In this document: positions 34,442 to 43,331 of the stretch, in pieces | Position numbering within the stretch: position 1 is the first letter of the stretch | How the letters are laid out: the number at the start of each line of letters is the position of its first letter | Source of the DNA: an uncultured Nitrososphaerota archaeon | GTDB lineage: Archaea; Korarchaeota; Korarchaeia; Korarchaeales; Korarchaeaceae | Direction of reading: 5' to 3' | Assembly: GCA_964594835.1 (NCBI GenBank) | Contig: CAZQNA010000001.1 | Coordinates: forward strand, 1 to 64,000 | Length of the DNA stretch: 64,000 nt | The notes under the pieces: model-generated | What the model was told of the DNA's origin: nothing | Database searches by the model: none | Seen by the model: only the letters and a program-made list of their open reading frames with translations | Position numbers and translations under genes: made by a program

Positions 34442-35683
34442 GTGAGGCCCGGACTCGATGGCAGGCTGTCCAATCTAAGGAGGCTGGGGAGAAACGCAAG
34501 GCTCATGCTCGCCACGACCGCCATCTCGGGACTCACCCAGGGGGCGTACTTCTCAGTATGGCAGCTCTACCTCAAGTCCGCGGGCTACGGGGGCACCTGG
34601 ATCGGGACGTACGCGCTGATAGGGACCGTGGTGGCCACCCTGCTCAAGCTCCCCGGAGGCCTCGCCGCCGACAGGTTCAGGAGAAGGTGGATCGCCGTCC
34701 TCAGCTTCGCCGCCGCTGCCAGCTCGGGCGCGGTGGTGGCGTACTCGGTATCCGAGGCGGCGCTGGTAGTCTCGGCCGCCGTGGGCGGGATAGGTTGGGG
34801 GGTGGGCGGGCCCGCGTGGAGCGCCCTCTTCGCCGAGAGCGTGGAGGACGCAGGAATGGACCTCGGGTTCAGCGTCTCGGCCTTCGTGAACAGCGCGGCC
34901 ACCTCCCTCGGAAACCTGATGGGCTGGATCCCGGAGTACTTCGTGGGCTCGCTGGGGATGGGGTACTTCGAGGCCTACAGGTGGTTCATGTGGATCATCG
35001 TGGCGATCGAGGCGTCGTCGATCCTCCCGATCCTACTGATCTCGGAGAGGTTCCGTCCATCCTCCGGGAGGTCGGGAGGCTCATGGAGGCCTAAGCTTCC
35101 ATCTAAGAGGCTGATATTCGCGGTTATGACTACGTATGCCCTGGTGGGCTTCGGGGCCGGCCTCTCCATCCCCCTGATGGGCTACTACCTCAGCGTCAAG
35201 TTTGGGGTGGAGTCCGGCCCAATAGGAACGCTTTTCGCCGTGGGGAACGTGGTGGCGGCCCCCGCCTACCTCCTGGCCGCCGAGGTGTCCGCAAGGCTGG
35301 GCACGGTGAGGGGTGCCGCCACGCTCCAGGCGGCCTCGATCCCCCTCCTGGCAATGATACCCCTGGCCCCGAGCTTCCTGGTGGCCTCAGCCCTCTACGT
35401 CCCGAGGTCGGTCCTGATGAACATGGCCAACCCCCTGATCAGCGCCCTGGTCATGAAGCTGACGCCTGAAAGTGAGAGGGGTACGATGGCGTCGATATCC
35501 CAGCTCTCCTGGAACCTCCCAAACTCCGTCGCCCAGCAGGTCGGCGGCGTGGTCATGGACCGCCTCTCCCTGGACGCCCCCCTCTACGCCACCTCGGCGA
35601 TCTACGTCCTGTACGTGACCACCTTCTACCTGATGTTCAGCAGGCTGGAGCGCGGGTCTGGGGCCGAAGCTGGAATCGGCTGA
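34442..35683 (+). CDS. MFS transporter (copy 2)
   Basis: GLAADRFRRR motif A; C-terminal half identical to copy 1. Confidence 0.9.
   Translation: MRPGLDGRLSNLRRLGRNARLMLATTAISGLTQGAYFSVWQLYLKSAGYGGTWIGTYALIGTVVATLLKLPGGLAADRFRRRWIAVLSFAAAASSGAVVAYSVSEAALVVSAAVGGIGWGVGGPAWSALFAESVEDAGMDLGFSVSAFVNSAATSLGNLMGWIPEYFVGSLGMGYFEAYRWFMWIIVAIEASSILPILLISERFRPSSGRSGGSWRPKLPSKRLIFAVMTTYALVGFGAGLSIPLMGYYLSVKFGVESGPIGTLFAVGNVVAAPAYLLAAEVSARLGTVRGAATLQAASIPLLAMIPLAPSFLVASALYVPRSVLMNMANPLISALVMKLTPESERGTMASISQLSWNLPNSVAQQVGGVVMDRLSLDAPLYATSAIYVLYVTTFYLMFSRLERGSGAEAGIG
35139..35664 (+). repeat. 526-bp direct repeat, copy 2
   Basis: Identical by eye to 33802..34327. Confidence 0.92.
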
Positions 35684-35760
35684 AGACACAGCCGCGTCGG
35701 TCTTGATCGGCCCCAGGAAGGGTCGATCGGCTTCCCTCACGCAGAGTCAGGCGATATCTC

Positions 35761-36948
35761 TTAGTCACTTTCCATCGGCCGTTCGGGCCCCTCATCGGCC
35801 CGACGTCGCGAGGGGTCGGTTGGACGGTCCCTCCTTCCCCTGCAGGAGACCTCAAGGGTCGGAGCCGCGAGGGCGCTCAGTCCGACGGCTATCCACATAG
35901 CCGCATCGAGTCCGAGGGACCCTACCACGACGCCCCCCATACCGTTTCCAAGCGCCTCCGAGACTGACCCTATTGCCGAAGTGACGGAGCTGGCAGAGGC
36001 CTTCTCTTCCGGAGCGAGCGAGATGGCGAGGGCGTTTCGGGCGGAGTAATGCAGGGCGAACAGCGGGACCACCATCAGGGCCGCCAGGACCTTGAAGTCC
36101 CTTGCCACGGCGCCGGCAGCGAAATACAGGGAGTAGAGCAGGCACGAGGCCACAAACGCCCTCCTGCCTCCAACCCTGTCCACCAGCCTCCCGTAGATGG
36201 GCCCCATCACGGCCCCAGCGAGTCCAGCAGCCGACACCAGGATCCCCATCAGGGCGTCTGACCTGCCTGAAGCCTCAAACACCTTCAGAGAGAAGGAGAC
36301 GTAGAAGGTGGAGATCGCTGAGCTGGTGAGGAGGAGGGAAGGGATCACCCTTCCGGTGTCCCCCGGCCACCCGAGACTGATGGCCGACCTTATCGCCGCC
36401 GCGAGGTCGGGTCTCCCCGCCCCCCTCTCCTCCCTCACGGTCGCCAGGACCCCGACCGCGAGACTCGACAGTGCGGATGCTATCATCAGGGTCGTCCTCA
36501 GGCCAAGGTACTCCGTGAGGAATCCACCGATCAGCACCCCGACCGTGAAGCCCGCCTCCATGGCCATGAAGTAGTCCCCCGCCGCCGAGCCCCCTGGACT
36601 GCGATCTGCCAGGAAGGCTATGATCACGGGCTCCTCGGAGAGGAAGAAGTACCAGGCCACGACTATCGGAAGCCAGGCGGAAGGCCCGGTAATCGCGATT
36701 CCTAGAGGGAAGAGGGGGTTCAGCGCAGCGGCTGCGAGCATCAGCGGCTTCCTGGCGCCCATCTGATCGCTCAGTGAGCCGTATATCCTCGTCCCGAGGA
36801 AGTAGGCGAGGGCTGGAACCCCCCTGATGAGCGCATACTCCAGGACCGAGCCCCTCTCGTAAGTCTCGAACGCCACGAAGAGGAATGTCATGCTCCAGCT
36901 CAGGTCCCTGAGGAAGGCCGCGATGAGCACCTTCCACCGGTCTGTCAA
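35761..36948 (-). CDS. MFS transporter (third, divergent)
   Basis: GSLSDQMGARK and GRLVDRVGGR motifs. Confidence 0.85.
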   Translation of the reverse strand: MTDRWKVLIAAFLRDLSWSMTFLFVAFETYERGSVLEYALIRGVPALAYFLGTRIYGSLSDQMGARKPLMLAAAALNPLFPLGIAITGPSAWLPIVVAWYFFLSEEPVIIAFLADRSPGGSAAGDYFMAMEAGFTVGVLIGGFLTEYLGLRTTLMIASALSSLAVGVLATVREERGAGRPDLAAAIRSAISLGWPGDTGRVIPSLLLTSSAISTFYVSFSLKVFEASGRSDALMGILVSAAGLAGAVMGPIYGRLVDRVGGRRAFVASCLLYSLYFAAGAVARDFKVLAALMVVPLFALHYSARNALAISLAPEEKASASSVTSAIGSVSEALGNGMGGVVVGSLGLDAAMWIAVGLSALAAPTLEVSCRGRRDRPTDPSRRRADEGPERPMESD

Positions 36949-36986
36949 GGGGGCTCCGCCTCCAACGCCCGGGCGGGTCGATCATA

Positions 36987-37098
36987 AAAAGGGGAGAAGG
37001 AGCTAACGCCCTCAGTTCAGCCCGGCGACTGCCGGGCTGGCGCCACCCATCTTACGATGGGTCGTCTCACCAGCCCCCTGGGGCGACTGGCTCACATA
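36987..37098 (-). ncRNA. Candidate structured small RNA or leader
   Basis: Perfect hairpins ACCCATC-GTAA-GATGGGT (GNRA loop on the - strand) and CAGCCCGGC-AGTC-GCCGGGCTG; ends in CCTTCTCCCC-TTTTT. Confidence 0.4.
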
Positions 37099-37132
37099 AA
37101 ACTGAGCCGAGATAGCGAACCCAGAGCCCCCC

Positions 37133-38035
37133 ATGAGCCCTATTGAGCTGGTAGTGCCGGTATTCTCCCTCATAGCCGTCGGCTGGGTGCTCTCTAGAAT
37201 CGGACTCGCCGGAGAAACGTGGATCTCCGCCCTAAACGACTACGCCTACTACGTGGCGTTTCCGGCGCTCATGCTCGCCAGCCTGGCAGAGAGGCCCCTC
37301 TCGGGGCTTGGGGGGATGATTGCCGCGAACGCGGTCTACCTCATGATCTCGATGGTCCTGGCCCTGCTGGCCGCGAGGGCCCTCGGGCTGGACAGCGCCC
37401 TGGCCGCCACGCTGGTCTTCTCTGGAAGCTTCGGAAACGTCGTGTACATGGGGTTCCCGCTCGCCGAGAGGGCCTTCGGGGAGGAGGGTCTGTTCCTGGC
37501 CGCCGGGATAGCCTCCGTGCACCTGGCCATCATGCTCTCGGTGGGCCTCTCGCTGGCTCAAGTAGTGTCGTCCGGGGAGGCGAACGCGCGGGACGCCGCG
37601 GCGAGGGTGGTCAGGGTCCCGCTGTTCTGGGCGGCCGCCGTGGGGCTCGCGCTCTCAGCGCTCAACGTTCCCCTTCCGGAGCTGGTGCTTTACCCCCTCC
37701 AGGCGCTGGGTCGGTCGGCCTCGCCCACCGCCCTGTTCGCCCTCGGGGCCTTCCTCCAGGCGCGGGGCATCGGAGAGGGGCTCTCCAGGCCGGTGTCGAT
37801 CTCGGCCTACAAGCTCCTCGCGCTTCCCGCCATCGCGTACGCGACTGCGAGGGCCCTAGGCCTGGGCGGTGTTCAGCTGGGCTGCACCCTGCTCCTGTCG
37901 GCCGCCCCGCTGGCCATCACCAACTTCGTGGTGGCTGACAAGTTCGGGCTGGACGTGGAGGCGGTCGCGTCGGCGATAGTCCTGTCGACCCTCGGGTCCG
38001 CCCTCACACTGTCGTTCATGGCCGCCTTGCTGTGA
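37133..38035 (+). CDS. AEC (auxin efflux carrier / malate permease) family transporter
   Basis: YVAFPAL, FGNVVYMGFP, PTALFALG, AAPLAI motifs. Confidence 0.88.
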   Translation: MSPIELVVPVFSLIAVGWVLSRIGLAGETWISALNDYAYYVAFPALMLASLAERPLSGLGGMIAANAVYLMISMVLALLAARALGLDSALAATLVFSGSFGNVVYMGFPLAERAFGEEGLFLAAGIASVHLAIMLSVGLSLAQVVSSGEANARDAAARVVRVPLFWAAAVGLALSALNVPLPELVLYPLQALGRSASPTALFALGAFLQARGIGEGLSRPVSISAYKLLALPAIAYATARALGLGGVQLGCTLLLSAAPLAITNFVVADKFGLDVEAVASAIVLSTLGSALTLSFMAALL

Positions 38036-38062
38036 CTCTCGCAGCACTCGAACCGCGCGCGA

Positions 38063-38767
38063 CTAGCCGAGCACCGACCGGACTGCCCCGGGAACCTCTT
38101 CAAAATCTCGGATCACCGCGTCGGCGGCCCCGTGATCCGAGCCGGGGGGCCCAATCAGTATTGCCCTCACCCCCGCCGACCTGGCACCGATCACGTCGTC
38201 AACGAGTTCGTCTCCGACCATGACGGCCTCCGAGGGCTTCGCGCCCAGGGACTCCAGGGCGCGGACGAATATCTCTGGGTGCGGCTTCCTGAGGCCCACG
38301 TCGTACGAGGTCACCACCTCGTCAAAGTAGCCCAGCAGCCCGTGCATCCTGAGCTTCTCAATGACCATCGGACCGTAGGTCACGTTTGAGACCACGGCCA
38401 GCCTGTACCTTCCACTCAGCTCCCTGAGGGCCCGCTCGACTCCCCTCCTGAGAGCCGTGTACTCCAGATACGGCGCCGAGTAGGCCCTCAGGTGAGCCTC
38501 GGTGACCTCGGAGCCCACCCCGATGGTCCTGAGGAAGGCGCGGATGTCCTCTTCGGCCGGGATCTCCACCAGCCTCGTGGTGCGCTCGAGCCAAAGCGCG
38601 TCCCAGTGCCGCTCGTACTCGGCGACCGCCCTCTCCAGGACCTCGGATGTGGGCTCCACGCCCGAGGCCTCCAGAAGCCCCCTGACTCGGGCCACCCTGA
38701 AGTCCCTCCTGGATCGCGCCGGCTCGATTATGGTCCCCCACATGTCCACCAGGACCGCCCGACTCAT
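38063..38767 (-). CDS. HAD-superfamily hydrolase
   Basis: LVDMWGT, VVSN, KPHPEIF, MVGDELVDDV. Confidence 0.88.
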   Translation of the reverse strand: MSRAVLVDMWGTIIEPARSRRDFRVARVRGLLEASGVEPTSEVLERAVAEYERHWDALWLERTTRLVEIPAEEDIRAFLRTIGVGSEVTEAHLRAYSAPYLEYTALRRGVERALRELSGRYRLAVVSNVTYGPMVIEKLRMHGLLGYFDEVVTSYDVGLRKPHPEIFVRALESLGAKPSEAVMVGDELVDDVIGARSAGVRAILIGPPGSDHGAADAVIRDFEEVPGAVRSVLG

Positions 38768-38779
38768 CCTACCACCCGC

Positions 38780-39448
38780 TCAGAAGGTGAACCCCGGCCT
38801 TCCGGCCCTGGACACCTTGACCTCCGCGATCTCGCCCTCCCTCAGTCTGACCGAGCAGTACATCCCCCTGCTCGCAGGTCCGGGGTTGACCGCGATAGTC
38901 CTCCCCAGCCTCTCCATGCCAGCCGACTCGTGTATGTGCCCGCAGACGCACATGAGGGGCTGAAACTCCTCGATGTACCTTCGGACCGACGCGGACCCGG
39001 CGTGTCCCCCGGAGTGCGGGACGTCGAGGGTCGTGCCGTGGGGCGGCGGGTGGGACAGGAGGATGTCCACCCTCCCCAGCCCCCTCAGCAGGTCCCAGAG
39101 CCGCTCCTCGCTCAGCTCGATCGGCGTTGAGAAGGGACCCGGGTTGGCCCCCCCGACCCCGCCGAACGTCACGCCCCGGAAGCTGACCGTTCTCCCGTGG
39201 ACGTTCTCCGCCGACCCGATCCTCTCCACGCTGAGGAGCTCGGGGGGATCCATGTTGCCCGGGACGAACAGGGTCGGAAAGTCTTCGAAGTATCCCAGCA
39301 CCTCCTCAACGTCCTCCAGGTCTCCAGCGTTCGTTAGGTCCCCGGAGAGCACGACGAGGTCTGGGCTCTCTTCGGTCAGGGCTGGGAGGATTGCCTGGGG
39401 TCTCCCGTGGATGTCCACCGCTGCCAGTATCCGCAGCGCGCCGCCCAT
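38780..39448 (-). CDS. Calcineurin-like metallophosphoesterase
   Basis: DIHG, GDLT, GNMD, LSH, GHIHE. Confidence 0.9.
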   Translation of the reverse strand: MGGALRILAAVDIHGRPQAILPALTEESPDLVVLSGDLTNAGDLEDVEEVLGYFEDFPTLFVPGNMDPPELLSVERIGSAENVHGRTVSFRGVTFGGVGGANPGPFSTPIELSEERLWDLLRGLGRVDILLSHPPPHGTTLDVPHSGGHAGSASVRRYIEEFQPLMCVCGHIHESAGMERLGRTIAVNPGPASRGMYCSVRLREGEIAEVKVSRAGRPGFTF

Positions 39449-39501
39449 CGCGCCGGCCGGGTCGGGGAGTCGATATATTCTCCTCGCCCACCCGCCTTCC
39501 G

Positions 39502-40512
39502 GTGCCCCCGGCCCTGGTCAGAATTCCAGAGGACGCGGCGGTCCCCCTTATCGGGACCGTGGCCTTCGGCCTGATAGACAGGGGGACGACCCTGATCCAG
39601 GTGAGGCCCTCCAGCGCCTGCGTCCTCTCGTGCGTCTTCTGCTCCACCGACGCCGGGCCACGCAGCAGGACCAGGCTGGCGGAGTATCTCGTAGACCTGG
39701 ATTACCTGCTCCAGTGGTTCGACGAGTTGGCCGCCTACAAGGGCGTGGGTGACCTAGAGGCTCACGTTGACACCGTTGGCGATCCGTTCGTTTACCCGAA
39801 GGTCATGGAGCTGTTCAGGAGGCTCAAGGCTCACCCCCAGGTCTCGGTGGTCTCGGTCCAGACCCACGGGGCTCTTTTGGGGCCGGAAGACGTTCCAAGG
39901 CTCGAGGAGTCTGGCCTCGACAGGGTCAACCTCAGCATAGACAGCCTAAACTCGGAGAAGGCCCGGGCGCTCTCGGGCACCCCCTCATACGACGTGGAGA
40001 GGGTGAAGGAGTTCGCCAGGAGGCTCGCCGATAGCGAGGTGGACCTCCTGATAGCGCCCGTGTGGGTGCCCGGCCTCAACGACGATGACATCCCCGAGAT
40101 CATAGAGTTCGCCCTCGATATTGGAGCGGGCAAGAGGTGGCCATCCCTGGGGATACAGAAGTACGAGGCTCACAGGCACGGCAGGCGGCCGAGGGGCGTC
40201 CGGCCAATGCCCTGGTCGAGGTTCTACACCGCCCTGAGGAGGTGGGAGGAGGAGTATGGGGTGAGGCTGGTGCTGACGCGGGAAGACTTCAACATCAGGC
40301 CCGCCAGGAGCCCGCCGAAGACCATGAGGGTCGGCGAGAAGGTGACCGTGAGGGTCGTCGGGCCCGGCTGGAGGAGGGGAGAGGCCCTCGGCGTCGCGAG
40401 GAGGAGGGCGGTGACTTTGGTCAACGCGGAGGCATACCCCACGGGATCGGAAGTCAGGGCCGTCGTTCTCAGGGACAAGGACAACGTCTACGTCTTGAGG
40501 CCCGCCCCCTGA
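39502..40512 (+). CDS. Radical SAM protein with a C-terminal TRAM-like domain
   Basis: CVLSCVFC; C-terminal VGEKVTVRVV...VRAVVLRDKDN; GTG start at 39502 avoids overlap with the divergent gene. Confidence 0.85.
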   Translation: MPPALVRIPEDAAVPLIGTVAFGLIDRGTTLIQVRPSSACVLSCVFCSTDAGPRSRTRLAEYLVDLDYLLQWFDELAAYKGVGDLEAHVDTVGDPFVYPKVMELFRRLKAHPQVSVVSVQTHGALLGPEDVPRLEESGLDRVNLSIDSLNSEKARALSGTPSYDVERVKEFARRLADSEVDLLIAPVWVPGLNDDDIPEIIEFALDIGAGKRWPSLGIQKYEAHRHGRRPRGVRPMPWSRFYTALRRWEEEYGVRLVLTREDFNIRPARSPPKTMRVGEKVTVRVVGPGWRRGEALGVARRRAVTLVNAEAYPTGSEVRAVVLRDKDNVYVLRPAP

Positions 40513-40553
40513 CCGAAGGGGTTAAGGCCCCCCAGAGGATCTGATCACGTAGC

Positions 40554-41660
40554 TTGAGGAGGACGGGAGAGGCTGTACTCCCACTGCACGTTGGGAGGGC
40601 TCCTCGCTGGCTCTTCGTGAGGATGAAGAGGCTGGCGGGGCTGGTCTCAGAGGCTATCGTGCGAGAGTACGGCAGGCTCGAGCTCCTGAGGAGGCTCTCA
40701 GACCCGGTCTGGTTCCAGGCCTTCGGGTGCGCCCTGGGCTACGACTGGCACTCCTCTGGCGTGACCACCGTCTTGACTGCCGCCCTCAGGGAGGCGCTTG
40801 AGGAGCGTGAGCTCGGGGTTCTGGTGCTGGGCGGGAAGGGGAAGGCCTCCATGAGAATCCCTGAAGAGGTCCGAAGGGTGGCGGAGAGGCTCGACCTTCC
40901 GGACTCTACCGTTCAGAGCCTGAGGAGGGCCAGTAGGATGTCGGCAAAGGTCGACAACGCCGTCCTGCAGGACGGGTACCAGATCTACCACCACGCCCTC
41001 GTGGTCTCGGAGGAGGGGTCGTGGGCAGTCATCCAGCAGGGGATGAACCCGGAGAGGAGGCTGGCCAGGAGGTACCACTGGCTCGGGGAGAGGGTCTCCA
41101 GCTTCGTCGTAGAGCCGCACTCGGGCATCGCCGGCGAGAGGAGAGAGCCGGCCGTGCTCGACATGACCGCCAGGGAGAGCGAGGAGGCCAGGAGGGCCTC
41201 CGTGGATCTGGTTATGGAGGGCCCGGAGAGGCTCTCTAGGATGCTGAGGAAGGCCGCGGTCGGGCCCCTCTCGAGGTACCTGGGGGAGGAGAGGGGGATC
41301 CCCGTCCTCGTCATGCCGAGGAGGGTCGACTGGTCCGCTCTCAGGAGGGCCTACGAGACGTCGATCTCCACGTACGAGGGGCTCGTCGAGGTGCGCGGCG
41401 TGGGCCCGGCCACCATAAGGGCCCTCGCGCTCCTGGCGGAGCTAATCGAGGGGGCCGAGCCCAGCAGGAGGGACCCGGTCAGGTACTCGTTCGCGTTCGG
41501 CGGGAAGGACGGCGTGCCCTTCCCGGTGGACGTGAGGAGGATGGACAGCGCCATAGAATTCCTGACAGAGCTGATCAGGGGATCGGACCTCCCCGAGGGC
41601 GAGAGGAGGGAGGCGCTCGAGAGGCTGAAGAGGCTGGCGAGGCGCGTCCCAAATGCTTAA
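40554..41660 (+). CDS. DUF763-type protein (HhH motif)
   Basis: [47 protein letters not shown]. Confidence 0.8.
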   Translation: MRRTGEAVLPLHVGRAPRWLFVRMKRLAGLVSEAIVREYGRLELLRRLSDPVWFQAFGCALGYDWHSSGVTTVLTAALREALEERELGVLVLGGKGKASMRIPEEVRRVAERLDLPDSTVQSLRRASRMSAKVDNAVLQDGYQIYHHALVVSEEGSWAVIQQGMNPERRLARRYHWLGERVSSFVVEPHSGIAGERREPAVLDMTARESEEARRASVDLVMEGPERLSRMLRKAAVGPLSRYLGEERGIPVLVMPRRVDWSALRRAYETSISTYEGLVEVRGVGPATIRALALLAELIEGAEPSRRDPVRYSFAFGGKDGVPFPVDVRRMDSAIEFLTELIRGSDLPEGERREALERLKRLARRVPNA

Positions 41661-41821
41661 TTAGGTTCGGAATAGACCTGGCCGAGCTGGGGGAGGAGGG
41701 GATGCCCTGCCAATTTACCCGGCCCTGATCGACCCGCTCCGCCTGGTGGAGTCTGGTCCATCTCCTCTCGCGGCCGGAATGCTCTCGCCCCCTCCCACGC
41801 CTAGAACGCCTGTCCTCAGGG

Positions 41822-43330
41822 GTGGTGTCCTTGGTTAGCGAGGTCTCGCTCACAGAGGGAGAGCTCAGACTGCTCAGGCTCTTGGCGGACCTGGGAGGCG
41901 AGTCGGACGTCGACCGCCTGCCCATGGACCGGAGCGCGGCCCTGGCCCTGGCCTCCCTGCTCTCGGACAAGGGGCTTGTCCGCGTCGAGAGGAGCGTGAA
42001 GAAGGTTCTCAGGCTCACTGATAGGGGCCGAGAGGCCTTGGATCGCGGTCTACCGGAGGAGCGCCTCCTGAGCCTGCTCAGATCGTCAGGCGGCTCGGTC
42101 CCGCTCAGGGCGGTTAGGGAGTCCAGCCTCTTCGCCGACAGGGCCGAGCTGGACGCGGCCCTCGGAGAGGCCAGGAGGGCTGGCTGGATCTCCTTCCAGA
42201 AGGTGGACGGCGAGACGGTCGTCGGGCTGTCCAATGCTCCGGAGGAGGTCCCACTGGCCAGGGCGCTGAGGGCCGCGGCCGCCGGTGAGCAGGTGCCGGA
42301 GGATATGATCAGGAGGCTGAGGTCCAGGGGGCTCGTGAGGGAGGAGGAGCTGGCCCAGTTCACGGTCAGCCTCACGGACGAAGGCCTCCGCGTGGCCCGC
42401 GGCGAGGTGCCCGTGGCGATAGAGGTGGCGAAGCTGACCAGGGAGCTGATCGAGACCGGCTCCTGGAGGAACGTCAGGCTCAAGTCCTACGACGTGACGC
42501 TCCCGCCCCCGACGGTTTACCCCGGCAAGTCCCACCCGTACGTCCAGTTCCTCGAGGAGGTCAGGGAGATCCTGATTGGGATGGGCTTCGAGGAGGTGAA
42601 GAGCCCCATCGTGGAGATGGAGTTCTGGAACTTCGACGTCCTGTTCCAGGCTCAGGATCACCCCGCCAGGGAGGTGCACGACTCCTACTCGCTGGCCTAC
42701 CCGTCCCGGGCCCCGAGGACCCCGGACGATTCCTTAGTCGATAGGGTGAGGAGGACCCACGAGGACGGGTGGAGGACTGGCTCCACGGGCTGGAGGTATC
42801 GGTGGAGCTTCGACACGGCCATGAGGCTGATGCTCAGGTCCCAGACGACCTCAGCCTCCGCGAGGACGCTGGCGAGCAGGAGGGAGCTGCCGCTGAAGAT
42901 ATTCGTCATTGACCGGGTCTTCCGGCCTGAGGCCCTCGACAGGACCCACTCCATGGAGTTCCACCAGTGCGAGGGTGTGGTGCTGGCCGAGGGACTGACC
43001 GTGAGGCACCTCCTCGGGTACCTGAGGGAGTTCGCCAACAAGCTTGGGTTCGAAGAGGTGGCCTTCAGGCCGGCCTACTTTCCGTTCACGGAGCCGAGCG
43101 TGGAGGCCTACGTCAAGCACCCCGAGCTGGGGTGGATAGAGATCGCGGGGTCGGGCCTGTTCAGGCCGGAGGTCCTCATCCCGCTGGGCTACGACTACCC
43201 GAAGGTCCAAGCCCTGGCCTGGGGGATCGGGATAGGCAGGCTCGCGATGGTGAGGCTAGGCATAGAGGACATCAGGGACCTGCACAGCCAGGACCTCCAG
43301 TTCCTCAGGGAGTTCCCGGCGAGGTGGTAG
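41822..43330 (+). CDS. pheS: Phenylalanine-tRNA ligase alpha subunit
   Basis: FWNFDVLFQAQDHPARE, LRSQTT, YFPFTEPS, AWGIG. Confidence 0.96.
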   Translation: MVSLVSEVSLTEGELRLLRLLADLGGESDVDRLPMDRSAALALASLLSDKGLVRVERSVKKVLRLTDRGREALDRGLPEERLLSLLRSSGGSVPLRAVRESSLFADRAELDAALGEARRAGWISFQKVDGETVVGLSNAPEEVPLARALRAAAAGEQVPEDMIRRLRSRGLVREEELAQFTVSLTDEGLRVARGEVPVAIEVAKLTRELIETGSWRNVRLKSYDVTLPPPTVYPGKSHPYVQFLEEVREILIGMGFEEVKSPIVEMEFWNFDVLFQAQDHPAREVHDSYSLAYPSRAPRTPDDSLVDRVRRTHEDGWRTGSTGWRYRWSFDTAMRLMLRSQTTSASARTLASRRELPLKIFVIDRVFRPEALDRTHSMEFHQCEGVVLAEGLTVRHLLGYLREFANKLGFEEVAFRPAYFPFTEPSVEAYVKHPELGWIEIAGSGLFRPEVLIPLGYDYPKVQALAWGIGIGRLAMVRLGIEDIRDLHSQDLQFLREFPARW

Positions 43331-43331
43331 C

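Noticed and set aside
33802-35664. 526-bp repeat as a mobile element
   Set aside because: It lies entirely in frame within MFS coding sequence, with no terminal inverted repeats, target duplications or transposase
36987-37101. Assignment to TPP, fluoride or yybP riboswitch, hammerhead, or C/D-H/ACA guide
   Set aside because: Only fragmentary resemblance (UGAGA..ACCC, GGGCUGA, a + strand terminal ACA); core consensus elements are missing
41661-41821. 160-nt spacer before pheS as an ncRNA or small ORF
   Set aside because: No convincing stems or coding signature by eye
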